From positions 86,447-150,446 of the forward strand of contig JAZAMN010000049.1 of NCBI GenBank assembly GCA_036229005.1: DNA of 64,000 nt. The letters are read 5' to 3'. This document shows, one piece after another, positions 10,501-17,665 of this stretch; position 1 is the first letter of the stretch, and every line of letters begins with the position of its first letter. The stretch comes from Myxococcota bacterium (GTDB lineage Bacteria; Myxococcota_A; UBA796; CAJQPC01). The notes below the pieces were generated by a model. The model did not search any database, had not been told where the DNA came from, and was given only the letters and a program-made list of their open reading frames with translations. The position numbers and the translations under genes were made by a program.

Positions 10501-10813
10501 CCCAGTCGTAGTGCTGGCTGAGCTGCTCGATGGAGTCGATGGCGTACTCGAGGCAGGAGCTGCCCGCCAGGGTCCCCGCCGTGTCCCCAGTGTCGCCCAC
10601 ATCCGGGGTCTCGCCGCAGTCGTTCAACATCTCGTCGGAGAGGTCGAGGACGAAGAGGATGTTGGGCGGGGCGGCTTCAGCGTTGGACAGGAACTCCTCT
10701 CCAGCAGCGGAGGAGGCGGCCTGCGCAGGCGATGACACCAGGGTGGCCAGCGAACAGACGCCCAGGAACAGGCCCAGGCCAGCGATGACGCGTGAGGGTG
10801 CTTGCTGCTTCAT
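7559..10813 (-). CDS. pilY1: PilY1-like pilus-tip adhesin (vWA-like N-terminus, PilC/PilY1 beta-propeller)
   Basis: Signal peptide; PPNILFVLDLS; WKLGDSPHSRPVVV; VFVAANDGMLHAF; GEELWAWIP; FLFDGSPVVEDV; PVIYAGTVYFPTYEP; several DxDxDG loops; last gene of the minor pilin operon. Confidence 0.88.
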   Translation of the reverse strand: MKQQAPSRVIAGLGLFLGVCSLATLVSSPAQAASSAAGEEFLSNAEAAPPNILFVLDLSDEMLNDCGETPDVGDTGDTAGTLAGSSCLEYAIDSIEQLSQHYDWAYFGVVGTTDRHNDNYFVPIAPLGSTHSQISTALDNFASVSGIHAGGTTTTSWGASAQTGTTTRNLAEVLSTSWDYLQRTGSGSCPGYLSDSFVDASTDFCDAAITWACQETHIIVITADLPRDDKNASNKSSGSSLGTDIKCTYSAGITSGTDQDCLYDNTAHYMFNGDARSDLSGDQSVTVHTVGVKIDGASVAENLYGNAMNETGGEGVYTVADSGEEIISGVMTIMGYIRQGYYSRSAPVVSADGEYIIFSFYEITGDNPLAEGHVRAYTIDTDPTSTTYGAVEYDSSKTQFGGAVWDAGDLLVSRPVVASESNPDDRDGLGQRDIYTFVPEFMSHSSTSLYSEANTYHRMGFDLEFVDSVDTIMSGSDPSFLDHFLLTDDLDADGCPDNQAYNLDGYDTDCTVDTDDLQALVDFTRGLPTAEYRYLDETHGYWKLGDSPHSRPVVVQPRNNVYAIDPTYRNFLEDLVSDDVPEAVFVAANDGMLHAFRLKDDSTTSCSPTGSLSWDCNEEGEELWAWIPANTLYAEKDEEWSGNLIDMMWYGRTFLFDGSPVVEDVWIDGSDGSSPDGAKAMDGGEWKRVLVVQQGKGGPVTLALDITDTQHPKFLWEQTNDSDVAAMGYTVSTPVIANLYNNEDSADPKDTWVAMWGGGRQVPLGVTGDTEDYTEPNLYLWAIGDDYWGSSSVGLSEEGSNGHPEGSILSALDADLDGNDEFGYISGSVAAVDVDSDGDVDVVYFPVSSSYEPADMGDPDGDGLAGLNDMADPGYTWLYKAIIDTSDLDDPTWCEFYDPLDTVGERPEVYYAPTTSWHGDGSLGVYWGSGTPYDRDSTDYGYFFAVKDETPLTCASATAITDCGTGGAYTLNAGEGLTGDPVIYAGTVYFPTYEPASDRCSDGTGRIYGLDFEDCSGNVDTDGDGVADSDSLTVDGYPSSVAIGEHGIYYGTSEPTTNSSTVGEMNVTSDPYLSTRTMGLREVF

Positions 10814-10817
10814 GGGG

Positions 10818-11366
10818 TCACCGAACCTTGCAGGCGCCCGGCATCACCTTTCGGATGGTGGCGACGGACGTGGCCTGGGTGTTGTTGATGGACGAGAAGG
10901 TGCTGTCGGTCATGCGCGCGGTGGCGGACATGCTCCAGTAGTCGGAGCGGTAGCCGTTGCGGCCTTGCTCCGTGGAGTAGCCAGGGGGCGGGTTGCCGCA
11001 GCGCTCGAAGACGGCCTCGACCCAGTACACGCCCAGGTTCTGCGCGTAGCTGGTGCCGCCGTACTTGGTGTCGCCGGAGCTCATGGACACCCAGTCGCCC
11101 GAGTCGGGGGCGGAGGAGTCGACGTTCTCGGCGTAGGGGTTGTCCGTGGAGAGCTTGATGCGGGCGTGCTCGGTGCCGGCCACGCTGGTGTTGAACACCA
11201 TCATGTGCTTGGCGTTGTGCTGCGCGATGCGCTGGTCCGCGCCGGCGATCTTGAGGCTGGTCGTGCCGACGACGCCGATGAGCGCCAGGAGCACCAGCGC
11301 CACGAGCATCACGTAGCCGCGACGCTGCAGGCGGAGGGGGGGACGGCGGTGGGAGGTCATGGGCAT
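10818..11366 (-). CDS. pilX: PilX-like minor pilin
   Basis: Class III signal RRG|YVMLVALVLLALIGVVG lacking Glu5 (a PilX hallmark); lies between the pilW-like and pilY1-like genes. Confidence 0.8.
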   Translation of the reverse strand: MPMTSHRRPPLRLQRRGYVMLVALVLLALIGVVGTTSLKIAGADQRIAQHNAKHMMVFNTSVAGTEHARIKLSTDNPYAENVDSSAPDSGDWVSMSSGDTKYGGTSYAQNLGVYWVEAVFERCGNPPPGYSTEQGRNGYRSDYWSMSATARMTDSTFSSINNTQATSVATIRKVMPGACKVR

Positions 11367-12433
11367 CAGAAGTCGTGCAGCAGGCGGAGGTTGCGGAACA
11401 TCACCTTGGAGGTGTGCGAGGTGCGCGAGTACCCGTCCTTGGTCCCGGTGGGCGCGTGGTTCTCCAGGCTCTGGGGCGCGGTGACCTCGGTCTCGGTGCG
11501 AGAGACCCGCGAGGAGCGCGACACCAGGGAGTAGCGCATCATCCAGGCCTCCAGGCTCTGGTCGCGGGTCAGGGTGTTGACCCAGTCCGAGCTGCCGTCC
11601 GTGCAGGTCCCTTCGGCCGGGCAGTAGGCGAGCTGGAGGTCCTCGATGTCGTCGACCAGGGGGATGTCGTCGCCGTCGGGGGTCCCGTCCACGAAGTCGA
11701 AGTCCAGGTCCATCATCAGCACCGGGTGGTCCTGGCTGCCCGGGCCCACGCCGTCGGCCTCGTTGTCGTCGATGTAGAAGGTCACCACCTGCGCGCGGCT
11801 GCAGTGCATGACCGGCGGCAGGTTGGCCCCGACCGCGCTGGAGTAGTCCAGCAGGCTGCTGGCATCCAGGACAGTGACCACCCCGCTGGCGTGCCCGTCG
11901 GCGGCGATCTCCCAGATGAAGGAGTTGATGCCCGAGACGTTGGCGTAGTCCCAGCAGATCATCAGGTCACCCGCCGACAAGGCCGAGAGCTTGGTGCTGT
12001 AGCCGGGCCGCTGGTAGGGGAAGGTGATGGTGGTCGTGGACGCCGTCTCGATGGTCAGGGGGCTGGTCATCATCTCCATGGAGGGGTCCGCGTAGATGAA
12101 GGTCACGGCGTCGTGGCTGCCACTCCAGGCGTCCCAGGTGATGATCGGAGGCAGCCCGTAGCTGTTGTCCGCGCTGCTGCCGTCCCAGCCCATGACCCCG
12201 TAGACCTCGCCGCCGGTGCCGTAGCCGGCCATGCGCCCGGAGCGGGAGAGGATGTCCGAGGCGAAGCGCAGGTTCTGGTGCATGTTCATCGCCTGGTCCT
12301 GCTTGAGGAACTGCCGGGACTGCTGCGAGAACAGGCTGTAGAGCCCCGCGACCACGATGACCGAGATGCTCACGGCGATGAGCATCTCCAGCATGGTGAA
12401 GCCATCCCGGCGCTGGCGACTCAGGGTGCTCAC
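11366..12433 (-). CDS. pilW: PilW-like minor pilin
   Basis: RRDG|FTMLEMLIAV prepilin motif; QNLRFASDILSRSGRMAGY; PLVDDIEDLQLAY. GTG 12433 overlaps the pilV stop. Confidence 0.82.
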   Translation of the reverse strand: MSTLSRQRRDGFTMLEMLIAVSISVIVVAGLYSLFSQQSRQFLKQDQAMNMHQNLRFASDILSRSGRMAGYGTGGEVYGVMGWDGSSADNSYGLPPIITWDAWSGSHDAVTFIYADPSMEMMTSPLTIETASTTTITFPYQRPGYSTKLSALSAGDLMICWDYANVSGINSFIWEIAADGHASGVVTVLDASSLLDYSSAVGANLPPVMHCSRAQVVTFYIDDNEADGVGPGSQDHPVLMMDLDFDFVDGTPDGDDIPLVDDIEDLQLAYCPAEGTCTDGSSDWVNTLTRDQSLEAWMMRYSLVSRSSRVSRTETEVTAPQSLENHAPTGTKDGYSRTSHTSKVMFRNLRLLHDF

Positions 12434-12960
12434 GAGGCCCCCTGGCCGTCGTCGACGAACTTGTAGGAGCTGATGGTCATGCCGTGGCGCTTGCTGGCGC
12501 CGGTGCCCAGGAAGAGGCGGTCGTCCCAGGCGCAGCGCACCCAGATCTGCACCCACTCGCCGTTGGTGGAGTTGTCCTCGACCTCCCAGGTGATGAAGTA
12601 GGTCGCCTCCGGGCGGCCGGCGCTCTCGCTCCCCTTCTGCTCCCAGGTGGAGTTGACCGCGGTGGGGTCAGAGCCCCCACTGGGGTGGTAGAGCGAGCCG
12701 TAGCGCGTGCCCACGCCCGAGGTCCCGCTGGCCAGGTCGGTCCCGCTGCGGCCGCCGGTGCTGGTCCACTCCGTGGCGAGCAGCTCCTCCATCTTGGACT
12801 GGGACAGGTAGGTGCAGTCGGTCACCTTGCGCGCCGTGACGTTCGAGCGCACGGACTGGTTGTGGAGCCCGAACATCACCACCAGGGCGAAGCCCAGCAG
12901 GGCCGTGGCGATGAGCACCTCGACCAGGGTGAAGCCAGAGCGGCGGGAGCGGAGAAGCAT
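12430..12960 (-). CDS. pilV: PilV-like minor pilin
   Basis: RRSG|FTLVEVLIATALLG prepilin motif; LSQSKMEELL; ATG overlaps the upstream TGA. Confidence 0.8.
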   Translation of the reverse strand: MLLRSRRSGFTLVEVLIATALLGFALVVMFGLHNQSVRSNVTARKVTDCTYLSQSKMEELLATEWTSTGGRSGTDLASGTSGVGTRYGSLYHPSGGSDPTAVNSTWEQKGSESAGRPEATYFITWEVEDNSTNGEWVQIWVRCAWDDRLFLGTGASKRHGMTISSYKFVDDGQGAS

Positions 12961-13625
12961 CAAGAACCTTCGGAAGCTGCTGCAGCGCCCACGGTACCAG
13001 CATCGCGGCTGCCGAGGGAGGTGGTCATGGTCACGTTGCCCGAGCGCGAGAGCTTGAGGTCGATGTGGTCATCCACCCCGCTGCGCCAGGCCTCCTTGTT
13101 CACCACCGTCAGGGTGATGTAGCCATCGCTCCCGAAGTCGTCCGAGGGGTTGGACACCCAGCCCCGGGGAGAGAACACGATGGCGCTGCTGTTGCCGGTC
13201 CAGGGCCCGCTCAGGGGCTCCCACTCGTCCAACGAGACCCCCCGGCTGTAGTGCCGCCCGTCCTGGGACAGGTCCACCACCCCGCGCCCGGCGTCGCCCA
13301 GGTCCGTCCAGGTGCGGGAGTCCATGGCCTTGTCGCCCACCTGCAGCCGCCAGCTCCCCGCGTTGGCGCTGTCGGGGTCGTCCGAGGCGCTGTCCGCCTC
13401 GACCAGCAGAAGGCGCGTCTCCAGGCCCTGCTCCACCGCAGTGTTGCGGAGCGACATCACGTCCTGGCGGAGGTCCTTGGCCACCTGCACCGAGCGGAAG
13501 CGGGGGAGCTGCTCCCGGGTGGAGCCCACGCCCAGCACAACGATGATCCCGATGATGGAGATCACCACCAGAAGCTCGATCAGCGTGAAGCCCCGGCGGG
13601 GGCGGCGTTGAGGACTCAAGGGCAA
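12960..13625 (-). CDS. fimU: FimU/FimT-like minor pilin
   Basis: RRG|FTLIELLVVISIIGII prepilin motif; IVFSPRG typical of GspH/FimT. Start inferred at TTG 13625 after GGAG; the longer ORF-track start overlaps the upstream gene. Confidence 0.75.
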   Translation of the reverse strand: MPLSPQRRPRRGFTLIELLVVISIIGIIVVLGVGSTREQLPRFRSVQVAKDLRQDVMSLRNTAVEQGLETRLLLVEADSASDDPDSANAGSWRLQVGDKAMDSRTWTDLGDAGRGVVDLSQDGRHYSRGVSLDEWEPLSGPWTGNSSAIVFSPRGWVSNPSDDFGSDGYITLTVVNKEAWRSGVDDHIDLKLSRSGNVTMTTSLGSRDAGTVGAAAASEGS

Positions 13626-13650
13626 GACGGACTCCGACTCCAGAATGTAC

Positions 13651-13666
13651 TGCAAGATCCGATCCA
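13651..13666 (-). promoter_or_regulatory. Sigma54 (-24/-12) promoter of the minor pilin/pilY1 operon
   Basis: Minus strand TGGATCGGATCTTGCA has GG-N10-GC with TTGCA, matching the TGGCAC-N5-TTGCW spacing; about 25 nt upstream of the fimU start. Confidence 0.7.
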
Positions 13667-13709
13667 GGGCGGGTCCCCGACCCCATCGGCCTCCACGTCC
13701 CTCAGAGTC

Positions 13710-13743
13710 AGGAAAACTTTTCCCATCTGGGAAATCTTTTCCT
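13710..13743. promoter_or_regulatory. AT-rich inverted repeat, putative enhancer-binding-protein site
   Basis: AGGAAAACTTTTCCCA-TC-TGGGAAATCTTTTCCT: 16-bp arms with 2 mismatches, each arm itself near-palindromic (GGAAA-N3-TTTCC); about 45-80 bp upstream of the sigma54 box. Confidence 0.6.
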
Positions 13744-14530
13744 ACTGACCCTGCGGGCAGTCCTCCGTGACCTTGGAGCGGCGGCGGTGCACCTGCCGGC
13801 GCGCAGCGGGCAGGTTCGGGAGCTGCGCACCGGTGGCCTCGGCGGCGTCCAGATCCTTGTCCGCGGCGTCGAGCCACTGCAGGACCGCAGGGGTTGTGCC
13901 CGCGCAGTCCTGAACATCCACGCGCCCGCTCGTCATCCGCACCAGGACCAGGGCCCGGAGCTCCAGCAGCAGCCCCTGGAAGCGCTTCTCGGTGCTCCCC
14001 TTCTCCAGGGAGGCGTCGATGGTGTCCAGCGCGCGCTGGTACTCGCCCATGCGGAAGAGCGCCTCGGCCAGGTTGTAGCCGTGCTCGCCCCGCTCGGGCT
14101 CCAACTCGGCGGCCTGCTCCAGGTAGGGAAGCGCCCCCTGCGGGTCCCCCTGGGAGAGCAGCAGGAGCCCCAGACTGCCCAGCACGCGCGGGTCCTTGGG
14201 GTCCAGGGCCAGCGCCTGCTCGTAGTGGGTGCGCGCCTGCGCCGGGTTGCCCTCGGCCATCGCCGCGGAGCCCAGCCCCCGGATGCAGCGCACCTCTTCC
14301 GGAGAGGCCCGCAGACAGCGCTTGAAGAACTCCCGCGCGCGGTCGGGCTCGCCGCTGAGGTGGTAGAGCCAGCCCAGACCATAGAGGGCCCCCACGTGGT
14401 CGGCGTCGCGGTCCAGCGCCTTGCGGTAGCGGGCCTCGGCCTCGACGAGCTCACCGGCGCGCAGAGCCTTGTCCCCGCGCTTGGTGCGCGCGTCCGCGGA
14501 GCAGGCCAGCAGGAGCAGCAGCAGGGTCAT
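13742..14530 (-). CDS. TPR-repeat lipoprotein
   Basis: MTLLLLLLAC lipobox, then about five TPR-like repeats (AEARYRKAL, ALYGLG, YEQALALDP, YNLAEAL); ATG overlaps the regulator stop. Confidence 0.8.
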   Translation of the reverse strand: MTLLLLLLACSADARTKRGDKALRAGELVEAEARYRKALDRDADHVGALYGLGWLYHLSGEPDRAREFFKRCLRASPEEVRCIRGLGSAAMAEGNPAQARTHYEQALALDPKDPRVLGSLGLLLLSQGDPQGALPYLEQAAELEPERGEHGYNLAEALFRMGEYQRALDTIDASLEKGSTEKRFQGLLLELRALVLVRMTSGRVDVQDCAGTTPAVLQWLDAADKDLDAAEATGAQLPNLPAARRQVHRRRSKVTEDCPQGQ

Positions 14531-15891
14531 TCGAGCCCATAGTCGCGGATCTTGTAGACCAGCGCCTTGTAGGAGATCTCCAGCAGCCGCGCGGCCTGGC
14601 TGCGGTTGCCCCCCGTCTGCTCCAGGGCCGCGGCGATCAGGCGGCGCTCCAGGCGGGCCGTCTCCAGCTTGATGGACAGGCTGCCGGTGTCCTCGCTGGC
14701 ACCAGGGGGCTTGGGGGTGTCCAGCGCCGGGAGGTCCCGGAGTTGCAGTCGCGCGCCCTCGGCCAGCAGCATGGCCCGCTCGATCACATTCTCCAGCTCC
14801 CGCACGTTCCCGGGCCAGGAGTGGCTCAGCAGCGCCCGCAAGGCATCGGGGTCCACCCCCTGCACCCGCTTGTCGAAGCGCGCGTTGAAGCGGCTGATGA
14901 AGTGATCGGCGAGGTCCGGCAGGTCCCCCAACCGCTCGCGCAACGGGGGCGTACGCAAGTGAACGACGTTGAGGCGGTAGTAGAGGTCATCGCGGAAGCG
15001 ACCGGCGGCGACCTCCTGCTGCAGGTCCCTGGCGGTGGCCGCGACCAGGCGCACGTCGACCTGGATGTCCTTGCTGCCGCCGATGCGTCGCAGGGTCTGC
15101 TCCTGGAGCACCCGCAGCAGCTTGACCTGGAGGGCGCGGGGCATCTCCCCGACCTCGTCCAGCAGCAGGGTGCCGCCGTCGGCCTGCTCGAAGAGCCCCG
15201 CCCGCTCGCGCACCGCCCCGGTGAAGGCCCCACGCACGTGCCCAAAGAGCTCCGACTCCAACAGGTTCTCCGGGATGGCCCCGCAGTTGACCGCCACAAA
15301 GGGCGCCTGCGCCCGGTCCGAGAGCTGGTGCACGCAGCGCGCGACGAGCTCCTTTCCGCTGCCCGACTCGCCGGTGATCAACACGGTGCTGGGGTAGCCG
15401 GCGACCTTGTGCAGGGTGTCGACCAGGGCCTGCATGGGCTTGCTGCGGCCGACCAGCCCCTCCACGCCGCGCTCCCGCATCTCGGCGCGCAGGCGGGCGT
15501 TCTCCAGGGTCAGGCGCTCCCGCTCTTCGACCTTGCCGAGCACCAGCAGGATCTCGTCGGGCTTGAAGGGCTTGCCGATGTAGTCGGTGGCCCCGCGCTT
15601 CATGGCCTCCAGCGCCAGCTCCATCGAGCCGTAGGCGCTCATGACCACCGTGTGCACGCGGCGCTCCCGCTCGGCCAGCGCGTCCAGGAACCCCAGGCCG
15701 TCCAGGCGGGGCATGCGCACATCGCAGAGCACCAAGGAGAGCTCGGGCTGCGCGTCCAGTACGGCCAGGGCCTCGATCCCATCGGAGGCGGTGATCACCT
15801 CATAGCCGGCGCGCTCGAGCACCAGGCGCGTCATGTGGCGCAGGCTCTCTTCGTCGTCGACGACCAGGATGCGGCGGGGGCGCTCGGACAC
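14527..15891 (-). CDS. Sigma54-dependent response regulator (NtrC/PilR/AtoC family)
   Basis: REC domain (ILVVDDE, DVRMP, KPF), AAA+ GESGSGKE, GAFTGA, LLLDEVGEM, WPGNVRELEN and a Fis-type HTH; start GTG 15891. Confidence 0.95.
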   Translation of the reverse strand: MSERPRRILVVDDEESLRHMTRLVLERAGYEVITASDGIEALAVLDAQPELSLVLCDVRMPRLDGLGFLDALAERERRVHTVVMSAYGSMELALEAMKRGATDYIGKPFKPDEILLVLGKVEERERLTLENARLRAEMRERGVEGLVGRSKPMQALVDTLHKVAGYPSTVLITGESGSGKELVARCVHQLSDRAQAPFVAVNCGAIPENLLESELFGHVRGAFTGAVRERAGLFEQADGGTLLLDEVGEMPRALQVKLLRVLQEQTLRRIGGSKDIQVDVRLVAATARDLQQEVAAGRFRDDLYYRLNVVHLRTPPLRERLGDLPDLADHFISRFNARFDKRVQGVDPDALRALLSHSWPGNVRELENVIERAMLLAEGARLQLRDLPALDTPKPPGASEDTGSLSIKLETARLERRLIAAALEQTGGNRSQAARLLEISYKALVYKIRDYGLE

Positions 15892-15913
15892 CCCCCCAGT
15901 GTAGCCTGCGCCC

Positions 15914-17203
15914 ATGCCTGCCTTGTTGCTGCTGGCCCACGGCTTCCCCCCGCAGGAGCTCGGAGGCACCGAGCGCTACACCCAGCGCGTGGCCCAGGGG
16001 ATGGCCGCCCGCGGCTGGTCCGTCCAGGCCATCGTCGCCACCCGCTCCCCCGGTCACGCCCAGGCCCAGGTGCTCGTCGAACAGCGCCCCTGGGGCCGCC
16101 TGCACCGCGTGGTCAACAACATCCCCTGGCCGCCCCTGAGTCAGGGCGGACACCACCCCCTGGTCGCCGGCCGCGTGCGCCGCTTGATGGAGTCCATCGA
16201 ACACGATCTGGTCCACATCAACCACCTGCTCTTCTTGAGCCCGCGCCTGCCCTTCCGCGCGCCCACAGTGTTCACCCTCCACGACGCCTGGGGCTGGTGT
16301 CCCCGCGCCGGCAGCCTCCTGCACATGGGACAGGCCCCCTGCCCCGGCCCCCAGGACCAGCGCTGCGCCGCCTGCTACGCCCAGTTCGCCCAGGGCACCC
16401 CCCGCCAGGCCGCCCTCGCCCAGGCCGCCTCCGTTGTGGGCAAGGTCGTGGACCCCCAGCGCCTCCAGTCGCTCTGGCGCCGCCTCCCCAGCGGACTGCG
16501 TGCCCGAGCCAACCAGGGCGCCCCCGAGCCCCCCAACCCCCGCCACGCCGCCGAGCGCCGGGCCACCCACCTGCGCTGCCTGCAGGCCATGGATCTGCGG
16601 CTCTCGCCCAGCCGCTTTCTGGGGGAGGAGGCGGAGCTGCAGTCCCTGGGCCCCGTGGCCCACCACCCCCACGGCGTGGACCTCCCCCACCCCGGGGATC
16701 TGGACGCCAGCGAGGTGCGGCGGGGCCTGCTCTTTGTCGGTGCCCTGGCGGCGCACAAGGGCCCAGCGCTGGTTCACGCGGCCTGGGACAGCCTGTCCTC
16801 GTCGGTGCCATTGGCTTTCGTGGGGCCCGAGACGGACCCGAGCGCGGTGGTGGGGATCCCGGCTTCGATGCGGGAGGGTCCCCTCCCCCCCCAGGAGATC
16901 CTGTCGCGCATGGCCCGCGCCCAGGCCCTGGTGATGGGCTCGATCTGGCCGGAGAACAGCCCGCTGGTGATCCTGGAGGCGCGCGCGGCGGGCACCCCGG
17001 TCATCGCGCCCCGCATCGGGGGGATCCCGGAGCTGGTCCAAGAGGGGGTGGACGGCCTGCTCTACACCCCGGGGGACGTGCAGGACTGCGCCCGCGCGAT
17101 GGCCCAGGTGCTGGAGCGGGCCGACTGGAGCCCCCGACCGCCCCCCAGCTTCGACGCCCACCTGGACACCCTGGAGGCCCACTACCGCTCCCTCTTGGGG
17201 TAG
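15914..17203 (+). CDS. Glycosyltransferase family 4 with Cys-rich insert
   Basis: HGFPPQELGGTERY, TLHDAWGWCP, FVGALAAHKG, WPENSPLVILEARAAG, IGGIPEL. Confidence 0.9.
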   Translation: MPALLLLAHGFPPQELGGTERYTQRVAQGMAARGWSVQAIVATRSPGHAQAQVLVEQRPWGRLHRVVNNIPWPPLSQGGHHPLVAGRVRRLMESIEHDLVHINHLLFLSPRLPFRAPTVFTLHDAWGWCPRAGSLLHMGQAPCPGPQDQRCAACYAQFAQGTPRQAALAQAASVVGKVVDPQRLQSLWRRLPSGLRARANQGAPEPPNPRHAAERRATHLRCLQAMDLRLSPSRFLGEEAELQSLGPVAHHPHGVDLPHPGDLDASEVRRGLLFVGALAAHKGPALVHAAWDSLSSSVPLAFVGPETDPSAVVGIPASMREGPLPPQEILSRMARAQALVMGSIWPENSPLVILEARAAGTPVIAPRIGGIPELVQEGVDGLLYTPGDVQDCARAMAQVLERADWSPRPPPSFDAHLDTLEAHYRSLLG

Positions 17204-17227
17204 CTTGCGCGCCCAGCCGGAGACCCC

Positions 17228-17665
17228 ATGGCCGCCCAGCCCGTGACCGACCTGCACGCCCTCATCGACGCCTACCTGGAGCGCATGGAGCTCGAGCCCC
17301 ACGCGAGCGAAGACGGGCTCTACATGCTTCGCTACGGCTCCACCGCGGTCGTGATCCGCACCCTCAGGGACAGCGAGACGGGCAAGCGCTTTGTGCGCTT
17401 CTCGGCCGCGACGCTGATCGACTTCGAGCCCAGCGAGCTGCTCCTGGAGGAGGTCCTGCGCCTGAACAACGAGGTGCTGTTCGGCAGCTTCAAGGTCTTC
17501 CCGGACAACACCCTGAGCTTCTCGGCCACCATCTACGGCGACCACATGGACTTCGAGGAGTTCGAGACCGCGCTGACCTACGTGATCCGCATCTCCGACG
17601 AGTACGACGACATCCTCCAGGCCCTGGCCGGTGGGGACCGCGCCTCGGACCTGTTGGGCCGCTGA
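17228..17665 (+). CDS. YbjN / T3SS-chaperone-fold protein
   Basis: 145 aa and acidic; YMLRYGSTAV, LLEEVLRLNNEVLFGSF and ISDEYDDIL patterns resemble YbjN/CesT-like proteins. Confidence 0.65.
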   Translation: MAAQPVTDLHALIDAYLERMELEPHASEDGLYMLRYGSTAVVIRTLRDSETGKRFVRFSAATLIDFEPSELLLEEVLRLNNEVLFGSFKVFPDNTLSFSATIYGDHMDFEEFETALTYVIRISDEYDDILQALAGGDRASDLLGR

